In this document: in pieces, positions 48,548 through 58,422 of the stretch
Position numbering within the stretch: the first letter of the stretch is position 1
Layout: every line of letters starts with the position of its first letter
DNA from: Candidatus Bathyarchaeota archaeon
GTDB taxonomy: Archaea; Thermoproteota; Bathyarchaeia; TCS64
Assembly (NCBI GenBank): GCA_026014875.1
Contig: JAOZHO010000037.1
Span: 111,501-175,500 of the forward strand
Length of the DNA: 64,000 nucleotides
Reading direction: 5' to 3'
Program-made: the position numbers and the translations under genes
The notes under the pieces: generated by a model
Told to the model about the DNA's origin: nothing
Seen by the model: the letters and a program-made list of their open reading frames with translations, nothing else
Databases searched by the model: none

Positions 48548-50119
48548 ATGAGCTCGAAGAGACTGACTGTCCCATATGTTCTAGACGACGGCAGCAGAGG
48601 CCAACCATTCACCAAGGAGCTCGAACTCGCCTCGCTCTACATAGTGGGGGACTCCCGGAGAGGGACGGGGGTCCTGGAGGCTGCCTCCTTCGCGACCTAC
48701 CCGCTTCTCTTCAAGCGATACGATGGGGGCTCGGTGATGATCGATCTCCTCGGGCTCCACAGGGTCAACCTCAGGTACGATCTCATCCCGGACGTGAAGC
48801 CCTTCATCAAGGCCGTTGACAAGGTCTCGGTGGAGCCCGAGAAATATCTCAAAGGGCTCAAGGGGCTCTCAGGCCATTTCAAGGATTTCACAGGGCAGGA
48901 GACCCTGACGTTCAACGGGTTAGTGGCTCAGCCTCCGAAGCTCTGGGAAATAAACGGGTTCCTCGAAAGGACCATGGAGCCAGAGTCCAATGTTAATTTC
49001 AGTATTTTCAATCCGATCCTCGAAGACGCGGAGGTCAAAGTTGTGTTGGACTCCCTTAAAAGGCTCAATAAATCTCTCAAGGGAGACCAGAAAACCTTGG
49101 AGAAGGCCAAGAAGGGTCTCCAAGAATCCCTTGACACAGTCCGAAAAGTGTTGAAGGAAGAGTCCCTGAACATCAAGGATAGCAGCTTAAAGATCCAGGA
49201 ACGCCTGAAAGGAGTCCTCGAGAAGAAGAGGGGTAGGCTCAAGAAGAAGGTGGACAGGGATATCGTCCGTGTCCGCTTATCCTACAAGAGGCAGACGGGC
49301 CCATTGAGGGAGGAGCGGACCAAGCGCAAGAGGAAGCTCACCCGGGCAGAGAAACGGGTGGACCGGCTGAAGTCAACGGATGACAAAGAGAAACTTGATT
49401 CCGAGAAGAAAGCCCTGAAGGAGCTCAAGAAAAAGTTCGGGGAGCTCGAGAAGGCGGTGAAGAGCCTCGAGAGGAAGAGAGACGCTGAGATCAAGGCCCT
49501 GAGGGCCCAGTTCGACGCCGAGCTGAGGGGCGACGAGGAGAAGCTGGAGGATGAACGAGCCCAGACTCGGGACAGGCTCGAGGAGGTCCAATCCCTCGAA
49601 GCGGAGATACTGGCTGAAGCCAAGGCGATCGCGGGTCAGATCGATGCCCTCAGCCGGAAAAAGAGAAAAAAGCTCAAATCCCTCGACAAATACAAGGTGG
49701 AGCTGGACGAGGGGGACCTAGAGATAAACATACCCTTCTATGTCTTCCACTTCGGTCGGAAGAGGTTCGACTTCTATCCCCCGGTGGAGGTGGTGGGTAG
49801 CCCCGGCTTATTCTCGAGGTTCAGGCGGATGCTCGCGGACGACCTTGAGAGTAAGGTGAACATGTTGATCAGGCCCCGGGGGGGGTTCTCGAATCGGTTC
49901 CTGGAGAGGGCGGTGAGGAGCCTCGGGAGGGATAACCAGGTGGGCCGGGCATACCGCCAGGAGGCGGAGAAGCTGAACCTGTTCCGGAGCAGGGAGGCGG
50001 TGGACCAGATGATGCTAGGGCTCACGAGGCTCCGGCGGGGAGGCTGGATAAGCGACGGCGACTATATCAGGCTCCAAGAGGCTATCGTCGACCAGATAGG
50101 GTCCATCTCCCAGCCCTGA
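48548..50119 (+). CDS. Hypothetical protein with a long central coiled coil
   Basis: K/E/R-rich heptad region over about residues 160-385 between globular N- and C-terminal parts. Confidence 0.8.
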   Translation: MSSKRLTVPYVLDDGSRGQPFTKELELASLYIVGDSRRGTGVLEAASFATYPLLFKRYDGGSVMIDLLGLHRVNLRYDLIPDVKPFIKAVDKVSVEPEKYLKGLKGLSGHFKDFTGQETLTFNGLVAQPPKLWEINGFLERTMEPESNVNFSIFNPILEDAEVKVVLDSLKRLNKSLKGDQKTLEKAKKGLQESLDTVRKVLKEESLNIKDSSLKIQERLKGVLEKKRGRLKKKVDRDIVRVRLSYKRQTGPLREERTKRKRKLTRAEKRVDRLKSTDDKEKLDSEKKALKELKKKFGELEKAVKSLERKRDAEIKALRAQFDAELRGDEEKLEDERAQTRDRLEEVQSLEAEILAEAKAIAGQIDALSRKKRKKLKSLDKYKVELDEGDLEINIPFYVFHFGRKRFDFYPPVEVVGSPGLFSRFRRMLADDLESKVNMLIRPRGGFSNRFLERAVRSLGRDNQVGRAYRQEAEKLNLFRSREAVDQMMLGLTRLRRGGWISDGDYIRLQEAIVDQIGSISQP

Positions 50120-50173
50120 GATCGCTAGCCTCGTCCATAACCTTAAGATGGCTGAATCCATATTTTCGCCGAG

Positions 50174-51328
50174 ATGTCCCGATATAAGGCCCTCGGCGTC
50201 GACGTGAAGAAGGAGGGCATCCAGGCGTTCAGAGGCGTCGTGGACAACCTCTACCCGGGAGCCTTCTGCGTCATCACCCGGGACCCCACGAACCCGGGGA
50301 TGGGTCTCGTCTCCCACGCGGACTCGGCGGGGAGCAAACCCATCATGAGCTACCTCGGCTACAAAGAGTCGGGGGATCCCTCATGGTTCAAAGGGCTGGC
50401 CCAGGACGCCGTCGCGATGAACATCGACGATATAATCTGTGTCGGGGCTGAAGCCATATCCTTCATAGACTACATAGCGTACAACCCCCTTCTCATCGAC
50501 AGGGTGGGGATGCTCGAGGCCCTCTCCCAGGGATTCGCGGATACGTTCAAGATGCTCGAGGAGAACGGGCTGCCCGTTTTATTCGGGGGTGGAGAGACCG
50601 CTGACCTCCCCGACCAGATGAAGACCCTGGATGTCTGCGGGGCCCTCTTCGCTAAAGTGGACCTCGACAAAGCTGTGACGGGTTACGAGATCTCCCCAGG
50701 GGACGTGATAGTCGGCCTGCATAGCGGCGGAAAGGTTGGCTACGAGGAGGGAGTGAACAGCGGGATAATGTGCAACGGGCACACCCTCGCAAGGAACTGT
50801 CTGATGCGCGGAGAGTACCTCGAAAGGTATCCCGAGCTCGCTCACCCAGACAGGGCGAGATTCACGGGGAGTTACGGCTACGAGGATCGCCCGGATGGGC
50901 TCGAGATGACTGTCGGTGAAGCCCTGACGTCGCCCACGAGGATATTCGCCCCTATCGCAGCGAAGGTCTTGGAAGGCGTCGGGGACTCGGTTCACGGCAT
51001 GGTCCACAACACGGGTGGAGGCCAGACGAAGTGCCTCGGCCTCGGGAAGGTAGTGTGTTATGTCAAGGACGCCCTGCCCGAGCCCGACCCCATCTTTCAC
51101 CTCATCCAAGAGGAGGGGCGGGTGGAGTGGAGAGAGATGTACGAGGACTTCAACATGGGGATAGGGTTCGAGTTCATCGTGGAACCCGAGGCCGCCGGGG
51201 ACGTGATCCGCATCGCCGAGAGATTCGGGATAGGGGTCCAGATCATCGGACGCTGCGAGAAGAGCGAGAAAGGCAACGCCCTCAAGATAACGAGCAGGCT
51301 CGGCGAGTTCAGTTACTCCAGCGATTGA
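50174..51328 (+). CDS. purM: Phosphoribosylformylglycinamidine cyclo-ligase (AIR synthetase)
   Basis: Y.ALGVD, HADSAGSK, QDAVAMNIDD, GGETAD, HNTGGG, FNMGIG. Confidence 0.9.
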   Translation: MSRYKALGVDVKKEGIQAFRGVVDNLYPGAFCVITRDPTNPGMGLVSHADSAGSKPIMSYLGYKESGDPSWFKGLAQDAVAMNIDDIICVGAEAISFIDYIAYNPLLIDRVGMLEALSQGFADTFKMLEENGLPVLFGGGETADLPDQMKTLDVCGALFAKVDLDKAVTGYEISPGDVIVGLHSGGKVGYEEGVNSGIMCNGHTLARNCLMRGEYLERYPELAHPDRARFTGSYGYEDRPDGLEMTVGEALTSPTRIFAPIAAKVLEGVGDSVHGMVHNTGGGQTKCLGLGKVVCYVKDALPEPDPIFHLIQEEGRVEWREMYEDFNMGIGFEFIVEPEAAGDVIRIAERFGIGVQIIGRCEKSEKGNALKITSRLGEFSYSSD

Positions 51329-51396
51329 CCATTAGACCTATTGAAAATTGGGTAAAATAATAAGGGGAACCACCCATCATTTCCTCCGGTGGCTGA

Positions 51397-52290
51397 ATGA
51401 TCGTCAACCTGGGCACCGTCGGCCTCGACACGACTGAGACCCCCTTCAAGAGCGTATCCAAGCTGGTTGGGGGCTCGGGGACCTATTCCAGCATCGCCGC
51501 GAGCTTCTTCGCCGAGTCGGGCCTCATCGGGATCGTGGGGGACGATTTCCCGGAGGAGTATATGAACCTCTTCAGGGACAGGCTAGACATTGCAGGCCTC
51601 GTGGTCGAGAAGGGGAAGAGCTTCCACTACGTCTCGAGCTTCGGATTCGACCTGGGGGCCCGGACCTCAATCGCCACGGAGCTGAACGTCTTCGGAGGCT
51701 GGGACCCCGTCGTGCCCGAGGAGTACAAGGATGCGGAGTTTCTCTACCTGGGTAACGTGGGCCCCCAGCAGCAGCTCAGCGTCCTCGACCAGGTTGACGG
51801 CCCCCGCCTAACCATTGCGGACACCATAGAGTACTGGATCAACACCGATAGGGAGGGGCTCATCGAGGTCATCTCCAGGGTCGACGGCATGGTCCTCAAC
51901 GACGACGAGGTGAGGCAGATATGCCAGACCCCGAACATAATCGGGGGAGCCAAGGAGATCCTCGATTGGGGTCCGAGGTTTATCGTCGTCAAGAAGGGGG
52001 AACACGGCGCCATCCTCTTCACCCGGGAAAAGATCTTCCCCACGTGTGGCTATCCCTTGGAGAAGATCACGGATCCCACGGGGGCGGGTGACTGCTTCGC
52101 GGGGGGATTCATGGGCCACCTGGCCCGGAGCGGGAGCCTAGGCGAGTCCGTCATGAGGGAGGCCGTGGTCTACGGGAACGTGATGGGCTCATTCGCCGTT
52201 GAGGAGTTCAGCATCGAGAGGTTCCTGCCCCTGACCATTGAGGACATCGAGCGACGGTACAATCTCTATAAATCGATGGTCTCATTCTGA
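51397..52290 (+). CDS. PfkB family carbohydrate/nucleoside kinase
   Basis: GGSG, VGDDF, KKGEHGA, DPTGAGDCFAGG. Confidence 0.92.
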   Translation: MIVNLGTVGLDTTETPFKSVSKLVGGSGTYSSIAASFFAESGLIGIVGDDFPEEYMNLFRDRLDIAGLVVEKGKSFHYVSSFGFDLGARTSIATELNVFGGWDPVVPEEYKDAEFLYLGNVGPQQQLSVLDQVDGPRLTIADTIEYWINTDREGLIEVISRVDGMVLNDDEVRQICQTPNIIGGAKEILDWGPRFIVVKKGEHGAILFTREKIFPTCGYPLEKITDPTGAGDCFAGGFMGHLARSGSLGESVMREAVVYGNVMGSFAVEEFSIERFLPLTIEDIERRYNLYKSMVSF

Positions 52291-52394
52291 TGGAAATAGT
52301 TCTTTGTTTCTCGGTGCCTTACCCCTATTCATGCTTCGAAAGTGGTGTTTGGCTCAAAAAAGTTAACCATGATGATAACATGTGATGAAGGAGA

Positions 52395-53186
52395 ATGACT
52401 CAACCCATTGTAAGCGCTCGGTGGACTCCCGTACTGCTTGAGGCCGCGGAGAACGTCCGCACAAAGATCAGGAAAGCCCTCCTGAGCAGGGCTTCCCTTG
52501 ACGTAGACGGTCTTAAAAAACTCCTGGACTCCGAAGCCCAGCAGGCGATCAAGGAGACTCTCGGCGATGCCGGTTTTCCAGTCCGGGTCGTGAGCGAGGA
52601 AGGCGATTACGAAATCGGGGAGCAGGGCCCCGTGCTCGTCGTCGATCCCGTCGACGGGACCACCAACTTGGCGAGAGGCATCCCCTTCGCCTGCACCAGC
52701 ATGGCTCTATCGGCGACCCCCCGCATGTCGGGGGTGACGTTAGGCCTCGTCAAAGATCTATATTCCGGGGATGTTTACAGGGCTGAAAGGAATAAAGGAG
52801 CATGGAGAGCAGGGAAACGCATCGCCCCCTCCAAATCGAAGCTCGTGAAAGAGGCCCTCGTCTCCCTGGATATCAGCAAGGGCGCCCCCGTCGATAGGGT
52901 CAAACAGCTCATAGCGAGCGCAGGGCACCTCCGCCAGACGGGGTCCTCCGCCCTCGCTCTGTGCCACCTCGCCGCGGGAATCGTGGACGCCCACGTCGAC
53001 TTGAGGGGAAAGCTCAGGATCACAGATGTCGCAGCGGGGCTCCTCATCCTCAGGGAGGCCGGGGGAGCATATGTCACCGAGGGCGCTACGGCAGACGAAC
53101 TGAAGCTCACTAGGGAGACTACGCTGAAGCTCGTGGCCGCTTCGAGCCAGTGGAGCCTCGAGGAGATCCTGAAGACCCTAGGGTAG
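52395..53186 (+). CDS. Inositol monophosphatase / FBPase family
   Basis: SEE, VDPVDGTTN, GSSAL, DVAAG. Confidence 0.9.
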   Translation: MTQPIVSARWTPVLLEAAENVRTKIRKALLSRASLDVDGLKKLLDSEAQQAIKETLGDAGFPVRVVSEEGDYEIGEQGPVLVVDPVDGTTNLARGIPFACTSMALSATPRMSGVTLGLVKDLYSGDVYRAERNKGAWRAGKRIAPSKSKLVKEALVSLDISKGAPVDRVKQLIASAGHLRQTGSSALALCHLAAGIVDAHVDLRGKLRITDVAAGLLILREAGGAYVTEGATADELKLTRETTLKLVAASSQWSLEEILKTLG

Positions 53187-53195
53187 GGTTACTAT

Positions 53196-53882
53196 TTGAG
53201 GTTCAGTGGGCGCCTCGTGCCGGCGGTTTTCCAGTCTAGGCCCAACCGGTTCCTCGGTGTGGTCCTCGTGGATGGCGTTGAGACCCTCTGCTTCATCCCG
53301 AATCCCGGCAGGATGAAGGAGCTCATTTATCGTGGCGCCCGTGTCTACCTCATAGCCGTGCAATCAGATATCAGGAAGACACGGTACAACCTCACTCTCG
53401 TTGACCACCAGGGGACCCTGGTGAGCGTCGACTCCAATGTCCCGAACAAGGTTGTCAGCGAGGCAGTCGACAGAGGCATCATCGAACCATTCGAAGGCTT
53501 CCGTGTCAAAAAAGCAGAGTACACTTTCGGGGAGTCCCGCCTCGACTTTCTCCTCGAAAGTGATTCAGGGAATCTCCTCCTGGAGGTCAAGTCATGCACC
53601 CTCATCAGGGACGGCGTCGCTCTATTCCCAGACGCCCCCACTAAGAGGGGGAGCCGCCATCTCCTGACTCTGACCAGGGGCCTCACGCAGGGTAGGTCAG
53701 CCGTATTCTTCCTCATCCAACGGTCTGATGCGAACAGCTTCAGGCCCAATATGGAGACGGACCCCGATTTCGCAGCGAACCTTGAAGAGGCAAATAGGAA
53801 GGGTGTCAAGGTCTACGCGTATTCTTCCCGGGTGACCTTTGACGGAGTGTTCCTCGGAAGCAGGGTCCCCATCGATCTGTGA
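53196..53882 (+). CDS. sfsA: SfsA family nuclease
   Basis: RPNRF, PNPGRM.EL, SRLDFLL, EVKSCTL, FPDAPT.RG.RHL. Confidence 0.93.
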   Translation: MRFSGRLVPAVFQSRPNRFLGVVLVDGVETLCFIPNPGRMKELIYRGARVYLIAVQSDIRKTRYNLTLVDHQGTLVSVDSNVPNKVVSEAVDRGIIEPFEGFRVKKAEYTFGESRLDFLLESDSGNLLLEVKSCTLIRDGVALFPDAPTKRGSRHLLTLTRGLTQGRSAVFFLIQRSDANSFRPNMETDPDFAANLEEANRKGVKVYAYSSRVTFDGVFLGSRVPIDL

Positions 53883-54048
53883 ATAAGGAACCCCGGAAGA
53901 GGACAATATTCCCGTTTTATCTAGGAAATAAGGTGATTTTCGGAGCGGTTTAAGAGATATTGAGATAAAAATCGGTTTTATAGTCAAATCGGCATGGAAA
54001 CGATTTTTAAGATTCGGATCACTCTATAAAGGGATAAGAGGAGGACCG

Positions 54049-54228
54049 GTGAGAAACCGATCCCGAGTGAGCGAACTCGGAGACATCGTCCTCGTCTCTT
54101 TCAAGGACCAATTCGAGGAGAGGGCGGAGACCAGGCAGGCATATACAAATGTCAGATCGAGAACGCATGGAGAAAAAGGCCGAGGCAGCCGAGAGGAGCG
54201 CGGAGGAGAGAAATCGCATGCTCAATAA
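54049..54228 (+). pseudogene. Degenerate partial aIF-1A-like ORF upstream of rio1
   Basis: MRNRSRVSELGDIVLVSFKDQFEERAETRQAYT resembles the aIF-1A C-terminal half (GD.VLV.PWDFQ...G.I..RY); sits in the usual aIF1A position. Confidence 0.45.
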
Positions 54229-54952
54229 ACGGCAGGAGGACTACAAGGTCATCGAGGAGGTCTTCGACCGCCTCACCGTCGAGGGCGTCGACAAGCTCAT
54301 ACGCCAGGGAAAAATCAAGGACCTAGAAGGAGTCATCAAAGCCGGGAAGGAGGCTCGGGTCTACTGGGGCATCGGACCCGAGGACAAGGAGCTGGCCATC
54401 AAGATCTACTATACGACCACGGCGGACTTTCGGAGAGGGATGCTCAAGTACATCGAGGGCGACCGTAGGTTCAAACGGATAAGGAGAACTCCTCGAGGGA
54501 TAGTCTATACCTGGACTCAGAAGGAGTTCAAGAACCTCCAGCTCGCGGAGAAGGCAGGGGTTAACAGCCCCAGGGCTATAGCGTTCAACAGGAACATCCT
54601 CGTCATGTCCTTCATCGGGAAGGACGGTGTCCCCGCCCCCCTGCTCAGGGAGATCGACCCCGAGGACCCGAGTGCGTTCTACCTCAAGATCCTCGAAGAG
54701 ATGAGGAGCCTCTACACGAAGGCCGGCGTGGTCCACGGCGACCTGAGCGAGTACAACATCATGGTCTGGGAGGAGGTCCCAGTCATCTTCGACGTCTCTC
54801 AGGCCCTCCTCATAGAGCACCCCTTGGCAGCGCCCCTCCTGAAGCGGGATATATCCAACATAAACACTTATTTCAACCGGCTCGGAGTGGATGTCGTCGA
54901 TTCCGAGGATGTGGAGACGTGGGTGAAGGGTGAGTCAGAAGACCTATCTTAA
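54149..54952 (+). CDS. rio1: RIO1 family Ser/Thr kinase
   Basis: GKEARVY, AIKIY, KEFKNL, VHGDLSEYNI, IFDVSQA, HP, RDISN. Confidence 0.93.
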   Translation: MSDRERMEKKAEAAERSAEERNRMLNKRQEDYKVIEEVFDRLTVEGVDKLIRQGKIKDLEGVIKAGKEARVYWGIGPEDKELAIKIYYTTTADFRRGMLKYIEGDRRFKRIRRTPRGIVYTWTQKEFKNLQLAEKAGVNSPRAIAFNRNILVMSFIGKDGVPAPLLREIDPEDPSAFYLKILEEMRSLYTKAGVVHGDLSEYNIMVWEEVPVIFDVSQALLIEHPLAAPLLKRDISNINTYFNRLGVDVVDSEDVETWVKGESEDLS

Positions 54953-55523
54953 GATCCCCAGGGATCGGGTCGGCGTCCTCATCGGCCCCAAGGGGAAGGC
55001 CAAGAGGAGGATAGAGAGTTACTTCGGCGTCACCATAGAGGTCGAGAGCGAGTCGGGCTCAGTCGAGATCACCCTCAACCCCGGGAACAGGGACTTCGCG
55101 GCCATCTTCACGGTCAGGAACGTCGTGAAGGCCATCGGGAGGGGCTTCAGCCCCCGGCGAGCGGAGATCTTGGCCAAGGAGGATTATGACCTCCACATCA
55201 TCGATCTCAACGAGTTCGTCGGTAACTCGAAGAGCGCCATCGCGAGGGTGAAGGGCAGAATTATAGGGAAGAACGGGCGTTCCAGGGAGCTCATCGAGGA
55301 GCTCACGGAAACCCATATCAGCGTCTACGGGGGCACCGTCGCCTACATCGGGAACCCCGAGGGCCTCGAGGCGGCCCGGGAGGCCCTCATGAAGCTCATC
55401 AAGGGCTCATTCCACAAGACCGTGTGGAACTACCTCTACGCGTGGCGAAGGAAAATGAAAAAAGACAGGGGCGAACTCTGGTATGAGAGCCCCGAGCAGA
55501 GTGCGGACTTGAGAAAAAGATGA
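54930..55523 (+). CDS. KH-domain RNA-processing protein (Dim2/Pno1-like)
   Basis: RVGVLIGPKG, AIGRGFSP, KGRIIGKNG. Confidence 0.92.
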   Translation: MSQKTYLKIPRDRVGVLIGPKGKAKRRIESYFGVTIEVESESGSVEITLNPGNRDFAAIFTVRNVVKAIGRGFSPRRAEILAKEDYDLHIIDLNEFVGNSKSAIARVKGRIIGKNGRSRELIEELTETHISVYGGTVAYIGNPEGLEAAREALMKLIKGSFHKTVWNYLYAWRRKMKKDRGELWYESPEQSADLRKR

Positions 55524-57094
55524 CGGAGATAGTCTACCAGTCGATTAGCCCCTCGGACTTTTTCTACAGGAACAGGGAGATCGCGGGGTTCAGCAACCCT
55601 AGCAGAGCAGTATACGCAGCGGTTAGGGAACTCCTCGAGAACTCGCTAGACGCCTGTGAGAGGCAGAGAGTCCCACCCGACATCTTCCTGAGGCTCACGG
55701 AGGTTTCCGCCTCCGAGGGGGGCACGAGCATCTATATTATGAGGATCGAGGATAACGGCACCGGCCTCCCCTCAGACCAGATCCCCTCAGCTTTCTGCCG
55801 GGTATTCTATGGCTCAAAGTACACCCTCCAGCAGTCGAGGGGAACCTTCGGCCTAGGTGGCACTATCACGATCCTCTACGGGCAGATCACCACCCATCAA
55901 CCCGTCACAGTCACCTCGAGCACCGGTGGCGACATCCACGAGTTCACAATGATGATCGACATCGAGCGCAACGAGCCCATGATCCTCAAGCACAAGGTAC
56001 TGGGAAACAAGAAAGGCTGGAGGGGCACCGTGGTCCAGCTCCAGATGGAGGGCGATTACAGCAGGATCAAGAGCCGCCTACTGGACTATCTGAAGCAGAC
56101 GGCGATGGTGAGCCCCTACGCTGACCTAACCTTTGTGGATCCAGGGGGGCGGCTGTACCGATTCGAGAGGGGGACCGATATGATGCCCCCGCTGCCCCAG
56201 CCTGTGAAGCCCCACCCTCACGGGATCGACGTGGAGAACTTTCGCAGGCTGGTCTCTGTCACCAAGGCGAGGTCCATGAAGGAGTTCATGACGGGGCATT
56301 TCCAAGGGGTGGGCTCCAAGACCGCAGATAAATTCCTGAAATTAGCGGGGATTGGGAACAGGACGAGGCCCAGCTCTATGAAACCGGAGGATATAGTCAC
56401 CCTGGTCCGGGCTGCAAGGGAGTTCAAAGATTTCAAGCGCCCCGATGCGAGTTGCCTCTCACCAATAGGAGAGGAGCTCCTCGAGAAAGGTATAAGGAAG
56501 GAACTAGGCCTCACGGAGAACGATTTCCTCAAAGTGGTCTCAAGGAAACCCTCCACCTACCTCGGATTCCCCTTCATCGTCGAGACGGCCCTCGCCACGG
56601 GCCCCACGATCAGGAAGCAGTACAAGGCTGGCACCACAATCATCAGGTTCGCTAACAGGATACCTCTCCTCTTCGACGAGTCGAGCGGGGTCATCTGGAA
56701 GGTCGTCAACAGGAACATCCACTGGGACACCTACAACGTCTCCAGCGACACCCCCATGGTGGTCGTCGTCCACGTGTGCTCCACGAAGATCCCCTACAAG
56801 ACCGTCGGGAAGGAGTACATGGCCGACCAGCCCGAGGTGGAGAAGGAGATCACCAACGTGATCAGGACAGCGGCCCGAAGCCTGAGGCTATTCATTTCCC
56901 GCAGCATCAGGATCGAAAGGGAGCGGCGGAGGCTAGACATCTTCGCCAAGTATCTGCCCAAGATAGCTGAGTTCTCCACCAAGCTGTCCGACAAGGAGAT
57001 CCTGCCAGACATCGAGCCCCTTCTCATCGCGGTGGGCAGACCTCTCCCAGAGGTTGAGCAGAAGATCAAGGAGGTTCCCACCATTGACGGATAG
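55520..57094 (+). CDS. top6B: DNA topoisomerase VI subunit B
   Basis: ELLENSLDA, EDNGTG, GSKY, SRGTFGLG, PHPHG, RFANRIPLL. Confidence 0.96.
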   Translation: MTEIVYQSISPSDFFYRNREIAGFSNPSRAVYAAVRELLENSLDACERQRVPPDIFLRLTEVSASEGGTSIYIMRIEDNGTGLPSDQIPSAFCRVFYGSKYTLQQSRGTFGLGGTITILYGQITTHQPVTVTSSTGGDIHEFTMMIDIERNEPMILKHKVLGNKKGWRGTVVQLQMEGDYSRIKSRLLDYLKQTAMVSPYADLTFVDPGGRLYRFERGTDMMPPLPQPVKPHPHGIDVENFRRLVSVTKARSMKEFMTGHFQGVGSKTADKFLKLAGIGNRTRPSSMKPEDIVTLVRAAREFKDFKRPDASCLSPIGEELLEKGIRKELGLTENDFLKVVSRKPSTYLGFPFIVETALATGPTIRKQYKAGTTIIRFANRIPLLFDESSGVIWKVVNRNIHWDTYNVSSDTPMVVVVHVCSTKIPYKTVGKEYMADQPEVEKEITNVIRTAARSLRLFISRSIRIERERRRLDIFAKYLPKIAEFSTKLSDKEILPDIEPLLIAVGRPLPEVEQKIKEVPTIDG

Positions 57095-58175
57095 CGTGAT
57101 TGATGAAACAGAGCGGCGGAGGGAGGCCACGGAGACCAGCCTCAAGCAGCTGGGCTCCCTCATCTACGAGCAGATCCAGAACAGGGAGTTCCCCTGGATC
57201 ATGATGCAGAGCAGGAGCTCCGACAACATCAACTACGACGACGAGCTCCGCCAGTTCATCCTCGGCGACAGGACGGTGCGCCGGCACAGCAGGAACGTCC
57301 GGAACATCCGCCCCTTCACCCAGTTCATATGGACAGCGTGGTTCGCCCGGGAGCTCGTCCGCCTCAGGAAGACCAGCACCCTCAGGGAGGTCTACTACTC
57401 AGCAAGGGGGCAGAGGGACATCGAGTTCACAGGCCAGACGGAGTCGGACTATACCATCACCGACCTCGAGGTCGCCCTGAACACGCCCCGGGAGTCCTTC
57501 AACATCTACCCCAAGGACAGGGGCGCCATCTTCGGAGACCTTAACATCGAGTATACATTCCCACCCGCTTATGAGGGGCGGATGAAGAATCTCACAGACA
57601 ACCCCGATGGGGCGCCCATAGGTCGCAGCCTCACAAGCTCTAAACTAGTCGGCACTACCGCAGACAAGGTCATCGTCATCGAGAAGGACGCCATGTTCTC
57701 CCGGTTCGTCGAGGAGAAGGTCCACGAGAAACATAACGCCATACTCATACAGACGGAGGGGATCCCCAGCCGCTCCGCCCGCATGGTGATTCAACGGCTA
57801 AACAAGGACATGGGGCTCCCCATCTACATCTTAACCGACGGGGACCCTTGGGGGCTCCACATCGCGATGGTCATCATCTCAGGCTCAGCCGTAGCGGCTC
57901 ACCTCAGGGGACTCACCACCCCCGATGCCAAGTGGATCGGGGTCTGGGGCACAGATGTCCTGAAGTATAAGCTGCCCACGGAGAACCTGACGGAGAATGA
58001 CCTGAAGAGGCTCAACGAGCTCAAAAAAGACCCCCGATACGTCGACGACCTCTGGCAGAGAGAGATCGACATCTTCCTAAAGATGGGGAGGAAAGCGGAG
58101 CTCGAGGCCTTCAGCGCCCTGGGGCTCACCTACATCGTCGACGAGTATCTCCCGGAGAAGCTGGAGAGCCTCTGA
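57084..58175 (+). CDS. top6A: DNA topoisomerase VI subunit A
   Basis: STLREVYY catalytic Tyr, IEK, DGDPWG Toprim, KAELEA; TTG start after GGAGGT. Confidence 0.95.
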   Translation: MTDSVIDETERRREATETSLKQLGSLIYEQIQNREFPWIMMQSRSSDNINYDDELRQFILGDRTVRRHSRNVRNIRPFTQFIWTAWFARELVRLRKTSTLREVYYSARGQRDIEFTGQTESDYTITDLEVALNTPRESFNIYPKDRGAIFGDLNIEYTFPPAYEGRMKNLTDNPDGAPIGRSLTSSKLVGTTADKVIVIEKDAMFSRFVEEKVHEKHNAILIQTEGIPSRSARMVIQRLNKDMGLPIYILTDGDPWGLHIAMVIISGSAVAAHLRGLTTPDAKWIGVWGTDVLKYKLPTENLTENDLKRLNELKKDPRYVDDLWQREIDIFLKMGRKAELEAFSALGLTYIVDEYLPEKLESL

Positions 58176-58224
58176 TCCGCCTCAATTTTATATTAGCCCA
58201 AGGGATGTAACAGGTGAAAGATCC

Positions 58225-58422
58225 ATGTCAGAGGATGAAGGCCTCACTTTCTCGAAGCTCGCAGTGAACATATTCGGAGTCATACTGCTGGCCCTCGGGC
58301 TCGTCATCACATACTACTCGATGCAAGCAGATGCGGGGGCCATCGACCCAAGCATCTTCGCCCCCGCCGGCATCCTCGTCGCCCTCGCCGGCGGGATCAT
58401 GACAGCCGCTTGGGAGGAATGA
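58225..58422 (+). CDS. Small 2-TM membrane protein
   Basis: Two hydrophobic helices; ATGA overlap with the next gene. Confidence 0.7.
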   Translation: MSEDEGLTFSKLAVNIFGVILLALGLVITYYSMQADAGAIDPSIFAPAGILVALAGGIMTAAWEE

